Of a stretch of 64,000 nucleotides of DNA, positions 28,101-38,018 are shown piece by piece. A program made the position numbers and the translations under genes. A model generated the notes under the pieces. The model had not been told where the DNA came from. It saw nothing but the letters and a program-made list of their open reading frames with translations, and made no database searches. Position 1 is the first letter of the stretch; every line of letters starts with the position of its first letter. Origin of the DNA: Galactobacter sp. (lineage in GTDB: Bacteria > Actinomycetota > Actinomycetes > Actinomycetales > Micrococcaceae); contig JBQDZM010000003.1 of NCBI GenBank assembly GCA_052108535.1, positions 614 through 64,613 on the forward strand, written 5' to 3'.

Positions 28101-29795
28101 CTAGACGGCTGCCGCTTCCGGAGCTGGGTCAGGTTCCACCAGCTCCCAGGTCCGGGTGACTCCGACGTCGGTCAGGAAGTCGGCGTCGTGGCTGACCAGG
28201 ATCAGGGCGCCGCCGAAACCCTTCAGGGCGGAGGCCAGCGCCTGGACCGAATCCAGGTCCAGGTCGTTGGTGGGTTCATCCAAGACCAGCAGCTGTGGAG
28301 CAGGAGTCGCTGCGAGCACGCGGGCCAGGTCGACCCGGAACCGTTCCCCTCCGGAGAGCGAGCCGTAGGACTGATGGACCCGTTCTCCGCGCAAGGCGAG
28401 CCGGGCCAACACCTCACGTGCGTGCCCCGCGGTCAGATCGGGAACGCGGGCCAGGAGATTCTCCAACGCGGAGCGGTCCGGGTTTAGTTCCTCCCCCGCG
28501 GTGGATCCGGTGCGTTGCGACAGGACTCCGAGCGGCACCCGGGCGTCGCAGAGCATCAGGTCCAGCAGCGTGGATTTGCCTGCGCCGTTGCTTCCGCGCA
28601 GTGCAATGCGCTCGGGTCCCCTCACGGTCAGGGGCGCGCCGATCGGGAGCGGAACGCCGTCGTCGGCCACGAGGCGGCCGGTGATCAGTTCCGGCACCGC
28701 CGTGGACAGCACCACGGTTGCTGCGCTGACTCGGGTGCCGGGGAGGTCCACGTCGATGGTGGTGAGTTCCTTGAGCGCGTCCAGCGCGGCTTCCACCTCA
28801 GACGCGGCTGACTCCACCCGCGCGTTGCGGGTGGCCCTGGCGTCGGCGACGTTCGCGGCGGCCTTTTTCTTGAGGGTGTTGGCCAAGATCTTGGGCGCGT
28901 TCTCGGCTGCTTTCCTCCCTTGGGCAGCGCTCCGTGTCGCCCGGGCCTGTTCGGCCTCGCGGGCCTGTTTCTCCTGGCGTAGGTCTGACTGGGCGCGGGT
29001 CAGTCGCCGCTGCGCGTTGGCCTGCCGGTCTGCCAGAACGCGTTCCCGAGCCTCCCAGCCCCCAAAGGTTTCAGAGACGACCCCTTCCGGTCTGCCGCGC
29101 CGGACGCGGGCGGGTTTCAGCTCCACCAGGTGCTCCGCCGCGCGGAGCAAGGCACGGTCGTGAGTGACCACGATGACCGACCCCGGCCAGTCAGTGAGCG
29201 ACTCCACCAGCCTGGCGCGGGCTCCGGCATCCAGGTTGTTGCTCGGCTCGTCCAGCAGCGTCAGTTCCGGACTGCGTCTGCGCAGGCCAACCAGAGCCAC
29301 CAACATGGCTTCGCCTCCGGAGAGGCTGGATACTGCCCGACGCAGCGTGGCCGGCTCAGCCGGCAAGGACACCGGTCCGTGGGCGGCCAGGTCCGCGCAG
29401 GCGGAATCCTCCACATCCCATTGATCCCCGATGGTCTCCAGGAGTTCGGTGACGCGATCCGGTTCCGGTGCCGGGTCGGTAGCGCTCAGTTCGTCTATGG
29501 CGGTCAGGACGGGACTGATCCCGAGCAGATCGGCCACCGTTGTGTCAGCCTGCAAGGTGAGATCCTGCGGCAAAACTGCCGGGGGCGAGGGAACGCTGAT
29601 ATGGCCGGTTGTGGGTGTCAGTTGCCCCGCGATCAAGCGTAGGAGCACGGATTTCCCGAGCCCGTTGGGGCCCATTAACACGGTAAATCCTGAGGGGAAG
29701 GTCAGGGATAGGCCGTCGAAGACGGGGGTTCCGTCGTCGAAGGAGAACGTCAGGTGGTCGATGACCGCGGTGGGCGCAGCTGTTGTCTTGGGCAT
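28101..29795 (-). CDS. ABC-F family ATPase (ribosome-associated; ARE-like architecture)
   Basis: Two NBDs (GPNGLGKS/LSGGE/LLDEPSN and GSNGAGKS/LSGGERFR/LDEPTN), long helical Arg/Ala/Lys-rich linker, no TM segments. Confidence 0.9.
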   Translation of the reverse strand: MPKTTAAPTAVIDHLTFSFDDGTPVFDGLSLTFPSGFTVLMGPNGLGKSVLLRLIAGQLTPTTGHISVPSPPAVLPQDLTLQADTTVADLLGISPVLTAIDELSATDPAPEPDRVTELLETIGDQWDVEDSACADLAAHGPVSLPAEPATLRRAVSSLSGGEAMLVALVGLRRRSPELTLLDEPSNNLDAGARARLVESLTDWPGSVIVVTHDRALLRAAEHLVELKPARVRRGRPEGVVSETFGGWEARERVLADRQANAQRRLTRAQSDLRQEKQAREAEQARATRSAAQGRKAAENAPKILANTLKKKAAANVADARATRNARVESAASEVEAALDALKELTTIDVDLPGTRVSAATVVLSTAVPELITGRLVADDGVPLPIGAPLTVRGPERIALRGSNGAGKSTLLDLMLCDARVPLGVLSQRTGSTAGEELNPDRSALENLLARVPDLTAGHAREVLARLALRGERVHQSYGSLSGGERFRVDLARVLAATPAPQLLVLDEPTNDLDLDSVQALASALKGFGGALILVSHDADFLTDVGVTRTWELVEPDPAPEAAAV

Positions 29796-29894
29796 GAGGG
29801 CACTCCTCGGTATAGGTCTTTCGACACCGAGCGGGCGGCATGCCTCACCTCGGTGTGATTCACACGAGGACAGTGCGCACTTGGGGTTCCCTCC
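29796..29894 (-). promoter_or_regulatory. Translational attenuator with mutually exclusive hairpins
   Basis: mRNA segments cctcgtgtg / cacaccgagg / ctcggtgtc-GAAA-gac / accgaggag (SD) can pair 1:2 plus 3:4, or 2:3. Confidence 0.6.
29860..29880 (-). CDS. Putative leader peptide MRTVLV upstream of the ABC-F gene
   Basis: GTG CGC ACT GTC CTC GTG TGA preceded by GGAGGG 8 nt upstream. Confidence 0.6.
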   Translation of the reverse strand: MRTVLV

Positions 29895-29954
29895 GCAGAC
29901 AACAGGACGGGGACTAAGTTACACGGGGGACCAGGGCCGCGTCAGCGGCGCTGG

Positions 29955-30566
29955 TCACCGGACCACGACGTCGTCCCCCAAGCGGAAGCGGAGCATGGAG
30001 CGCACCTGCGGCCATTCGTCGGCCGTAATGGAATAGACGCAGGTATCCCGCAGGGAGCCGTCCCGAGTGTAGGAATGTTTGCGCAGCACACCGTCCGGCT
30101 TGGCTCCCAGCCGCTCGATGGCACGCCGCGACTGCACGTTCACCCAGGCCGTACGCAGTTCCACTGCGGCGCAGCCCAAGGTCTCGAAGGCATGCGTGAG
30201 CAGCAACAGCTTGGAGTCGGCGTTGGTGCCGGTGCCGTGGACAGAGGCGGAATTCCAGGTGGAACCGATCTCCACCCGTGGGATGTCAGCCACGATGTTC
30301 ATGTACGAGGTCATGCCGATGACTCGCTCGTCGGCCAGACGTCGGGTGACAAGCGGGATCATGCTGCCCGCACCCTGCAGCGCGAGCCTCCGGTCGATCT
30401 CGGCGGCCATGCCCTCAGGCGTGGGGATGGTGGTGTACCAGAGCTTCCACAGTTCACCATCGCGAACGGCGTCGCAGAGTTCGTTGTGATGGTCGGCGGT
30501 GAGCGGTTCCAGCCGGACCAGTCGTCCAGTCAGCGTGATGGGGTCGGAGGTGAGGGGAAGGGGCAT
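29955..30566 (-). CDS. RimJ/RimL-type GNAT N-acetyltransferase
   Basis: LVRLEPL, VEIGSTW, KLLLLTHAFE, NVQSRRAIERLGAKPDGVLR, GSLRDTCVYSI. Confidence 0.9.
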   Translation of the reverse strand: MPLPLTSDPITLTGRLVRLEPLTADHHNELCDAVRDGELWKLWYTTIPTPEGMAAEIDRRLALQGAGSMIPLVTRRLADERVIGMTSYMNIVADIPRVEIGSTWNSASVHGTGTNADSKLLLLTHAFETLGCAAVELRTAWVNVQSRRAIERLGAKPDGVLRKHSYTRDGSLRDTCVYSITADEWPQVRSMLRFRLGDDVVVR

Positions 30567-30590
30567 GGTGCCGATCTTACCTTCGTCGGG

Positions 30591-30635
30591 GTTTGGACGT
30601 TTGGGTGTCCAAACGACCGCTCGAATGTCTAACGG
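30591..30635. repeat. Partial third copy of the 98-bp palindromic element (right arm)
   Basis: gtccaaacgaccgctcgaatgtctaacgg matches 27 of 29 nt of the right arm; small gtttggac/gtccaaac hairpin. Confidence 0.8.
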
Positions 30636-30802
30636 CCGTTAAGAGGGAGGGGCGGGCGGGGGTGCGGGGGTGAGACGTCGGGGGGTGCGGGCGGGTGGTC
30701 GGTCGGGAGGGGCCACGAGTCGGAGCGAACTAGGATGGTGCCCATGTCACACAGGATCATCGCGGACGCACCACAGCGGAGCACCTGGGTCGTGTTGCCC
30801 GC

Positions 30803-31507
30803 ATGATCGGCACGTTCTCTGCAGCGACCCTGATCCTGCTGGCCTTGGCCGTGTGTGGAGCGGTGGCCGACTGGGTCGTCGTCGCCGTGCACGGCAAGAA
30901 CCGCGCCAAGGTCCGCTGGCTGACCAAGGGGCTGGCCCCAACCCTGTTGATCCTGGCGTTGGCCCTTCACGTGGTGGAGCGACCCAAACCATCGTGGGCC
31001 GTCACGGTCGCCACGTTCGCGCTGTGTCTGTGCCTGTTGGGCGATTACCTGCTGCTGGATTCCAAACGCTTCATCCCGGGCATGATCGCTTTCGGGACTG
31101 CACATCTGGTGCTGATCCTGGCGTTCTTCGTTGACCAGGATTGGGACGCGTGGGCGGACGACCGCACCTTGTTCTCCGGGCGCATTATTGCGGTGGTGGT
31201 GATCCTCGTGGCCGCTTCCCTGCCCGGACGAAGAATCCTCAGTGCGGCTGTGCGGCGCGGGCACGGGTTCGTGGTGATCATCTACATGGTCGCGATCACC
31301 GCCATGACCTTCATTGCCGGGATGCACACTCCAGCTCCCTACGGTTGGTTCGCCTTTATTGGTGCTCTCCTCTTCTATGCCTCGGATGCCGTGTTGGGGT
31401 GGCGGCTCTTCGTGAAGGGCGCTCCGGCCGGGCATGGGGACCTGGCCGTGATGATCCCGTACCACCTGGCGCTCGGATTCATCGGCACGTGGGCGTTGTT
31501 GGTCTAA
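30803..31507 (+). CDS. Lysoplasmalogenase / YhhN family membrane protein
   Basis: LTKGL, LGDYLLL, FIPGMIAFGTAHL, GALLFYASDAVL, MIPYHLA. Confidence 0.88.
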   Translation: MIGTFSAATLILLALAVCGAVADWVVVAVHGKNRAKVRWLTKGLAPTLLILALALHVVERPKPSWAVTVATFALCLCLLGDYLLLDSKRFIPGMIAFGTAHLVLILAFFVDQDWDAWADDRTLFSGRIIAVVVILVAASLPGRRILSAAVRRGHGFVVIIYMVAITAMTFIAGMHTPAPYGWFAFIGALLFYASDAVLGWRLFVKGAPAGHGDLAVMIPYHLALGFIGTWALLV

Positions 31508-31549
31508 CGCAGACCCCAACGCCAACGCTTCGCCACTAGACTGAGCCGC

Positions 31550-32509
31550 GTGAGCACCGCCCAGAATCAGTTGCCCCAGTCCGTTTCAGACACCTTCGAT
31601 CCCACCCGTTGGCGGGTGGTTGAGGGTTTCGATTTCGAGGACGTCACCTATCACCGGCAGGTGGAGCGCGACGCGGCGGGTGCCGTGATCCGCGATCTTC
31701 CCACGGTGCGCATCGCGTTCGACCGCCCCGAGGTGCGTAACGCCTTCCGGCCTGGCACCGTGGACGAGCTCTACCGCGCTCTGGACCACGCACGGATGAC
31801 CTCCAACGTCGCTACCGTGTTGCTCACCGGTAACGGCCCCTCCCCCAAGGACGGCGGCTACGCCTTCTGCTCTGGTGGCGACCAACGGATCCGTGGCCGC
31901 GACGGGTATCACTACGCTGACGGTGAGACTGCGGAGAGCATCGATCCCGCACGGGCTGGGCGTCTGCACATCCTCGAGGTGCAGCGCCTGATCAGGACCA
32001 TGCCGAAGGTGGTGATCGCCGTGGTCAACGGTTGGGCGGCCGGCGGCGGCCACTCACTGCATGTTGTCTCTGACCTGACCATCGCCTCCAAGCAGCACGG
32101 AAAGTTCAAGCAGACCGATGCCACGGTGGGGTCCTTCGACGCCGGTTACGGTTCGGCGTACCTGGCCCGGCAGACGGGGCAGAAGAAGGCCCGCGAGATC
32201 TTCTTCCTGGCACGTGAGTATTCCGCTGACGACATGGTCGCGGCTGGCGCGGTCAACGAGTCGGTTGACCACGAGCGCTTGGAAGAGGTGGCGTTAGAGT
32301 ATGCGGCGGACATCGCTCGGCAGTCGCCTCAGGCCATCCGCATGCTCAAGTTTGCTTTCAACGCCGTGGATGACGGGATGATGGGCCAGCAGGTCTTTGC
32401 GGGTGAGGCCACCCGCCTGGCGTACATGACGGACGAGGCGGTGGAGGGTCGCGATGCCTTCCTTCAGAAACGCGACCCCGACTGGTCCTCGTACCCCTAC
32501 TATTTCTGA
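31550..32509 (+). CDS. menB: 1,4-dihydroxy-2-naphthoyl-CoA synthase
   Basis: RPEVRNAFRP, FCSGGDQRIRG, GGGHSLHVV, GSFDAGYGS, EAVEGRDAFLQKR. Confidence 0.96.
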   Translation: MSTAQNQLPQSVSDTFDPTRWRVVEGFDFEDVTYHRQVERDAAGAVIRDLPTVRIAFDRPEVRNAFRPGTVDELYRALDHARMTSNVATVLLTGNGPSPKDGGYAFCSGGDQRIRGRDGYHYADGETAESIDPARAGRLHILEVQRLIRTMPKVVIAVVNGWAAGGGHSLHVVSDLTIASKQHGKFKQTDATVGSFDAGYGSAYLARQTGQKKAREIFFLAREYSADDMVAAGAVNESVDHERLEEVALEYAADIARQSPQAIRMLKFAFNAVDDGMMGQQVFAGEATRLAYMTDEAVEGRDAFLQKRDPDWSSYPYYF

Positions 32510-32521
32510 TCCGCAGGTCAC

Positions 32522-33748
32522 GTGGTGAGTTCAACGGACGTCCTTTCCCTGCCCGACGACGCCTCCCGCGCCTTCGCCGTCCGCGTCACCGCGCTGGCGC
32601 GGTCGTTGCGTACGACCCAGGGCCGAACAGCGACGGGCGGCACGCAGGCCGTCGAGGTGTTGGAAGGCCCGTCCCATGGCACATTCGAGCTGACGACTCC
32701 CACGGACGCTCCCCCGGGAACCGCGGCGGTGATCCGCACGTCTGGCTCCACCGGGATGCCCAAGCGCACGGCACTGTCGGCCGCCGCGCTGGCCGCTTCC
32801 GCCGCCTCCACCCGTGAGCACTTGGGCGGCGATGGCCACTGGCTCCTGGCCTTGCCCCTGCACTATGTGGCAGGTCTGGCCGTGGTCTCCCGAGCCCTGC
32901 TCGGGACGGTGAACGGGGCCCCTGCTCGGTTGGCGACGTTGGACCTGACCCGCAGTTTCACGCCGGAGCAGTTCGTGCGGGCCACCGACATCCTGCGCTC
33001 GGCGGTGGGTTCCGGAGAACGGTTGTACACCTCGTTGGTCCCCACGCAATTGACGCGCTTGCTGGATTCCGAATACGGCATACAAGCGCTCAGGGAGTAC
33101 TCGGCGATCTTGGTGGGCGGGGGCCGCACCCCAGAACCGACCCGCATGGCCGCGGCTCAAGCACAGCTTCCGGTGGTTTACACCTACGGTTCTGCAGAGA
33201 CCTGCGGCGGCTGCGTCTACAACGGGGTCGCCCTGCCCGGCGTCTCCGTCACCGCGGTGGACGGGCGCCTGCGTCTGGGCGGTGACATGGTGGCCTCCGG
33301 GTACCTCGGCGATCCCGACCGCACGCGCGAGCATTTCGTTATAGACCAGGACGGAACTCGTTTCTACATCACCGACGACCTCGGCACCGTGGTTGACGGT
33401 GTGGTCTCCGTATCCGGACGAACCGACGACGTCATCAACACCGGAGGGGTGAAGGTCTCCGCTCAAGCGGTGCAGCAGGTGGTCGAATGCGTGGACGGCG
33501 TCGGCGCGGTGCTCATCGTGGGCGTTCCTGACCCCGTTTGGGGCCAGAAGGTGGCGATGGGCTGGGAGCCGGCACCAGGCGTCGGGCATGAGGAATACCA
33601 GGCCGTGGAACAGGCGGCATTGGCCGCGGCCAGGGCCGCCCACGGCGGTCCCGGCACGCCGCGCACGGTGCGGCGCTACGCGTCGCTGCCCCGGTTGGGG
33701 AACGGCAAACCGGACCGCGTCACCATCGCCAAGGACCTCGCTGGCTGA
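32522..33748 (+). CDS. menE: o-succinylbenzoate-CoA ligase
   Basis: TSGSTGMPK AMP-binding motif, LPLHYVAG, TYGSAETCGG, GRTDDVINTGGVKV, GKPDR; sits between menB and menA. Confidence 0.9.
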   Translation: MVSSTDVLSLPDDASRAFAVRVTALARSLRTTQGRTATGGTQAVEVLEGPSHGTFELTTPTDAPPGTAAVIRTSGSTGMPKRTALSAAALAASAASTREHLGGDGHWLLALPLHYVAGLAVVSRALLGTVNGAPARLATLDLTRSFTPEQFVRATDILRSAVGSGERLYTSLVPTQLTRLLDSEYGIQALREYSAILVGGGRTPEPTRMAAAQAQLPVVYTYGSAETCGGCVYNGVALPGVSVTAVDGRLRLGGDMVASGYLGDPDRTREHFVIDQDGTRFYITDDLGTVVDGVVSVSGRTDDVINTGGVKVSAQAVQQVVECVDGVGAVLIVGVPDPVWGQKVAMGWEPAPGVGHEEYQAVEQAALAAARAAHGGPGTPRTVRRYASLPRLGNGKPDRVTIAKDLAG

Positions 33749-33832
33749 GATCCACGCCACCGCTGCGACCGCGACGGGGGCCACCGGTGGGATACTGGTG
33801 AGGTTGTCTTCCCAGTTCAAGGAGTGAGGCCA

Positions 33833-34729
33833 GTGGCCACCCCGTCCCAATGGATCGCCGGAGCGCGCCTGCGTACGCTGCCCATGGCCATCGCGCCCGT
33901 CATCGTTGGCACCGCGGCCGCTGTTGCGGAAACCGGAGCTTTCCACTGGATCCGCGCCATCCTGGCGCTGCTGGTGTCCCTGGCCCTGCAGGTGGGCGTC
34001 AACTACGCCAACGACTACTCGGACGGCGTCCGCGGCACCGACGAGGACCGCGTGGGTCCGCTGCGCCTGACCGGTTCCGGAGCGGCCAAGGCGGGCCACG
34101 TGAAGGCCGCGGCCTTCCTGAGTTTCGGCGTCGCCGCACTGTTCGGGCTGGCCCTGGTCTGGGCGTCCGAGACCTGGTGGCTCATCGCCGTTGGCGTGGT
34201 GTGCGTGCTCGCGGCCTGGTGGTACACCGGCGGAAAGCACCCCTACGGATACATGGGCCTTGGCGAGGTCTTCGTGTTCGTGTTCTTCGGGCTCGTCGCC
34301 ACCCTCGGCAGCACGTACACGCAGGTGCTGACGCTGAACTCTGCCGCGTGGACGGGGGCCATTGCCGTGGGACTGATCGCCACAGCCCTGCTCATGGCCA
34401 ACAACATCCGCGACATCCCCACCGACCGTGAGGTCGGGAAGAACACCCTCGCCGTGCGACTCGGCGAGTCCCTGTCACGGACTTTCTACGCGCTGATGGT
34501 GATCGTGGCCGCTCTCATGCCGATCTTCGCCGTTGGCTCCAACTACTGGCTGCTGCTGAGCCTCCTCACGCTGGCCGTGGGCATCCGTCCCATCCGCACC
34601 GTGATGACCGCACGGACCTCGCCTGAACTGATCCCGGTCCTGAAACAGACCGGCATCCTCTCCCTGGTGTTCGCCGTGCTCTTCGCTGCGGCCTGTGTCC
34701 TGGGACGGTTGTTCGGCCCGCTGGGCTGA
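33833..34729 (+). CDS. menA: 1,4-dihydroxy-2-naphthoate polyprenyltransferase
   Basis: GARLRTLP, QVGVNYANDYSDGVRGTD, YTGGKHPYGY, ANNIRDIPTD; AAGGAG RBS. Confidence 0.95.
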   Translation: MATPSQWIAGARLRTLPMAIAPVIVGTAAAVAETGAFHWIRAILALLVSLALQVGVNYANDYSDGVRGTDEDRVGPLRLTGSGAAKAGHVKAAAFLSFGVAALFGLALVWASETWWLIAVGVVCVLAAWWYTGGKHPYGYMGLGEVFVFVFFGLVATLGSTYTQVLTLNSAAWTGAIAVGLIATALLMANNIRDIPTDREVGKNTLAVRLGESLSRTFYALMVIVAALMPIFAVGSNYWLLLSLLTLAVGIRPIRTVMTARTSPELIPVLKQTGILSLVFAVLFAAACVLGRLFGPLG

Positions 34730-34747
34730 TCTGCCCAAGGAGGAGGC

Positions 34748-35113
34748 TCAGGCCTCGTCGTCGGCCGGGTTCTGGTCTCGGGTAGGACGACGGTCGTCAT
34801 TGCCCAGTCCGACGTCGCGTCGTTGCTGGTCCTGAACAGCGTCCTCGATGGCGGCCTCCTCGTCGGCTCGGGTCGCCTTGACGGGCTTGTCCGCACGCCT
34901 GCGGGCGACCCGTTCCTCGACGGATTCCGCGGCCTCTCGCCTGACCTTGTCGAAGAAGAGGTAACCGACGGCGAAGGCGACCACGGCGCCCACCACGATC
35001 GAGAGGGCGGCACCCAGCCATCCCCAACGGTCCCAGCCGAAGATGAACCAGACGGCCAGGGCAACGCCTACGAAGATGACGGTACGCAGCAGGGTATAGA
35101 GAAAAACCTTCAC
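34748..35113 (-). CDS. DUF4229 domain membrane protein
   Basis: FLYTLLR N-terminus, two TM helices, EDA tail; usual neighbour of menA. Confidence 0.8.
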   Translation of the reverse strand: MKVFLYTLLRTVIFVGVALAVWFIFGWDRWGWLGAALSIVVGAVVAFAVGYLFFDKVRREAAESVEERVARRRADKPVKATRADEEAAIEDAVQDQQRRDVGLGNDDRRPTRDQNPADDEA

Positions 35114-35225
35114 CGTCCCAGTCTAGTTTCGCAATCGTTGCGTCGCGGACCACTCGGCGCTCGCGTGCCTGCAGCGTATCTAGGCTCTCACCAAGTGCAC
35201 AGGTGAATCCCCGTAGACTGGACGC

Positions 35226-35633
35226 ATGCGTTGGTTGTTGATGGGTGCCGTAGTTGCGTTCGCCTTTGTGGTGTACACGTTGTTCCACTGCATCATGACG
35301 CCTGCAGCCAAGGTCCGCTCCCTGCCCAAGGGTGTGTGGATCCTCGCCATCATCGTGCTGCCGGTGATCGGCGCCGCTCTTTGGTACTGGCTCGGAATGC
35401 CCAAGGCCACGGCTGGGCCCGCAGCCCCGCGCAGGGGTATGGGGCCCGACGACGACGCAGAATTCCTGCGTCAGCTCAACATCCGCCGTCAGCAGCAGAA
35501 GCGTGCCGAGGAACTCGCGGCCCGCGAGGCGGAACTCAAGCGGCGTGAGTCGGAGTTCAAACGCGGCGATCAGGCCACGGGCGAGAAAACCGACGACGAC
35601 GCGGCATCCGGCAAGGACGAGTCGGGAGCCTGA
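35226..35633 (+). CDS. PLDc N-terminal domain small membrane protein
   Basis: YTLFHC...VRSLPKGVWILAIIVLPVIGAALWY...GPDDDAEFL. Confidence 0.85.
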   Translation: MRWLLMGAVVAFAFVVYTLFHCIMTPAAKVRSLPKGVWILAIIVLPVIGAALWYWLGMPKATAGPAAPRRGMGPDDDAEFLRQLNIRRQQQKRAEELAAREAELKRRESEFKRGDQATGEKTDDDAASGKDESGA

Positions 35634-35704
35634 GCGCTCCCACGGTTTTCTCCCACAGTCCGCTTCCACGGCGGCGGTGCGCCGTCAGCGGTAGTTGCTT
35701 ACCT

Positions 35705-36193
35705 TCAGCGGTAGCGGGCGTAGCGGCTGTGTCGCTTCAAGAACAGCGCGAGCGCGGCCACGATCGCCGCTATGGGGCCGTCGAAGGAGATGAAGACCTG
35801 GGCGGAGAGCAGGAACGCGACCAGGTCGAGGTCGAACCCTCCGATCTGCACGGACCAGCCGATGATCCCGGCTACGAGATATCCCACCACGATCCACAAC
35901 ACACCCCACGCCCGCAGGAGCGGGTCTTTGGCCCCGCGCGCCACCACGATGAGGCCCACGAGGAACGCCGTAACCTGCAGCCACCAGACCCAGTTGCCCC
36001 AGAATATGGAGGCCACGAAACCGTCATCGGGGCCGTTCCCGGACAGCGCGTAGATGGCCAGCGCCGGCAACGGCGCCAGGACGATCAGGGACACGGTGGC
36101 GAGAAGCGAACGCGTCGACACTTGCTGCCACGAGGTCAGCTCGAACGTGGACCGGTCACTGGTCTCATCGGGACTCTCGATGCTATGGGTCAT
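35705..36193 (-). CDS. Hypothetical membrane protein (about 4 TM)
   Basis: 162-aa ORF with four hydrophobic segments and a GGAGGG-like RBS. Confidence 0.65.
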   Translation of the reverse strand: MTHSIESPDETSDRSTFELTSWQQVSTRSLLATVSLIVLAPLPALAIYALSGNGPDDGFVASIFWGNWVWWLQVTAFLVGLIVVARGAKDPLLRAWGVLWIVVGYLVAGIIGWSVQIGGFDLDLVAFLLSAQVFISFDGPIAAIVAALALFLKRHSRYARYR

Positions 36194-36224
36194 GGGCGCT
36201 TCCCCTCCTCATGTGGGCAGGAGA

Positions 36225-37874
36225 TCACCCCAGGACGCGGGTGACCAGCTCCTGAGCTTCCTTCTGCACCTGTTCCAGGTGCTCCGGGCCACGGAAGGAC
36301 TCGGCGTAGACCTTCATGACATCCTCGGTTCCGGAGGGGCGCGCGGCGAACCAGGCGTTCTCGGTCTGGACCTTGAGGCCACCGATGGGGGCCCCATTGC
36401 CGGGGGCCTCGGTGAGGATGGCAGTGATGGGGTCACCGGCGAGCTCGGTAGCGGAGACGTCTGACGCGGCGAGTGCGGACAGCTTCGCCTTCTGTTCCGG
36501 CGTGGCCGGGGCGTCCACGCGGGCGTAGGCGGGCTCCCCGAATCGCTCCAGCAGCGCTGCGTAGCGCTGGGACGGCGACTGTCCCGTGACCGCCTGAATT
36601 TCGGCGGCGAGCAGGCACAGCAGAATGCCGTCCTTGTCGGTGGACCACGTGGTCCCGTCGAAGCGCTGGAATGACGCGCCCGCGCTCTCCTCGCCCCCAA
36701 AAACGATGTCACCGGAGCTCAGGCCCGGCACAAACCACTTGAAACCGACCGGGACCTCAAGCATGGTGCGGCCGTGCGAGGCGATCACGCGGTCGATGAG
36801 CGCGGAGGAGACCAGGGTCTTACCGATGGCGGCCTGCGGGTCCCAGTCGGGGCGGTGCTGCAGCAGGTAGTCGATCGCCACTGCGAGGTAGGCGTTCGGG
36901 GTGAGACGTCCCCCGTCACGCGTCACGATCCCGTGCCGGTCCGCGTCTGCGTCGTTGCCCACCAGCAGATCGAACTGGTCTTGGTACGGCGCCACCGTGG
37001 ACATGACGTTGGGGGAAGAGGGATCCATGCGGATCTTCCCGTCCCAGTCCAGGTTCATGAACGCCCACTGGGGATCCACGCCGGGGCCCAGGACCGTGAG
37101 GTCCAGCTCGAACCGATCGCGGATCGCTGCCCAATAGGCTACCGAGGCGCCTCCGAGCGGATGGGCGCCGATGCGTACCCCTGCCTTGCGGATCGCGTCG
37201 AGATCGATCACCGCGCTCAGGGTATCCACGTATTCACCGAGGTAGTCGTAGCTGCCCACGGGCTCGCCACCCACCCCGTCGGCGTCCACGCGAGGGATGG
37301 AATCCACGCCGGCTGCCAGCAGTTCGTTGGCGCGGTCCGCGATCCAGCCTGTGGCATCGGAGCCGGCGGGCCCGCCGTGCGGGGGGTTGTACTTGAAGCC
37401 GCCGTCGCGGGGCGGGTTGTGGCTGGGGGTGACGACGATGCCGTCTGCCCTCTCCGGATCATCCAGGGCACGGTCGCGGTTGTACGTGAGGATCGCGTGG
37501 CTCACGGCCGGCGTGGGAACGAAGGCGGCGTCACCCTCCCCCGAGTTCACGAGCACCTTCACGCCCGCGGCGGCGAGCACCTCACGCGCTGTGCGTTCGG
37601 CCGGGGCGGAGAGAGCGTGGGTGTCGGAACCGATGAACAGCGGCCCCCGGATACCCTGATCCTTGCGGTACTCGGCGATGGCCGCGCTGATGGCGACGAT
37701 ATGTGCCTCATTGAAGGAGCCGCTCAGCGAGGACCCCCTGTGCCCTGACGTTCCGAAGACGACGCTCTGCGCCGGATCGCCCGGATCAGGAACCACGTCT
37801 GTGTAAGCAAGCAGCAACGCTTCAACATCGATGAGGTCTGCTGCGGTGGCCGGCTGTCCTGCTCGTGCATTCAT
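36225..37874 (-). CDS. pgm: Phosphoglucomutase (alpha-D-glucose-1,6-bisphosphate dependent)
   Basis: FGTSGHRG, TPSHNPP, NDADADRHG, GGEESAGASF, FAARPSGTE. Confidence 0.96.
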   Translation of the reverse strand: MNARAGQPATAADLIDVEALLLAYTDVVPDPGDPAQSVVFGTSGHRGSSLSGSFNEAHIVAISAAIAEYRKDQGIRGPLFIGSDTHALSAPAERTAREVLAAAGVKVLVNSGEGDAAFVPTPAVSHAILTYNRDRALDDPERADGIVVTPSHNPPRDGGFKYNPPHGGPAGSDATGWIADRANELLAAGVDSIPRVDADGVGGEPVGSYDYLGEYVDTLSAVIDLDAIRKAGVRIGAHPLGGASVAYWAAIRDRFELDLTVLGPGVDPQWAFMNLDWDGKIRMDPSSPNVMSTVAPYQDQFDLLVGNDADADRHGIVTRDGGRLTPNAYLAVAIDYLLQHRPDWDPQAAIGKTLVSSALIDRVIASHGRTMLEVPVGFKWFVPGLSSGDIVFGGEESAGASFQRFDGTTWSTDKDGILLCLLAAEIQAVTGQSPSQRYAALLERFGEPAYARVDAPATPEQKAKLSALAASDVSATELAGDPITAILTEAPGNGAPIGGLKVQTENAWFAARPSGTEDVMKVYAESFRGPEHLEQVQKEAQELVTRVLG

Positions 37875-38018
37875 GGCGACAGTCTCCCACAGACTTTTCC
37901 GATCGCCACCCGTAGCGGCGGCGCGGTTTTCTCAGTCGCAACGGCGGCACTGACAACTACCCCCAACAGGCCTATGAGTGCTCCCATGGGACCAAACGGA
38001 GGAAGCCGGTGAGAGGAC

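Noticed and set aside
32531-34240. 569-aa minus-strand ORF
   Set aside because: Antisense to menE and menA.
35685-35714. 10-bp direct repeat tcagcggtag as a target-site duplication
   Set aside because: Copies are only 20 bp apart with no element between; probably a local micro-duplication.
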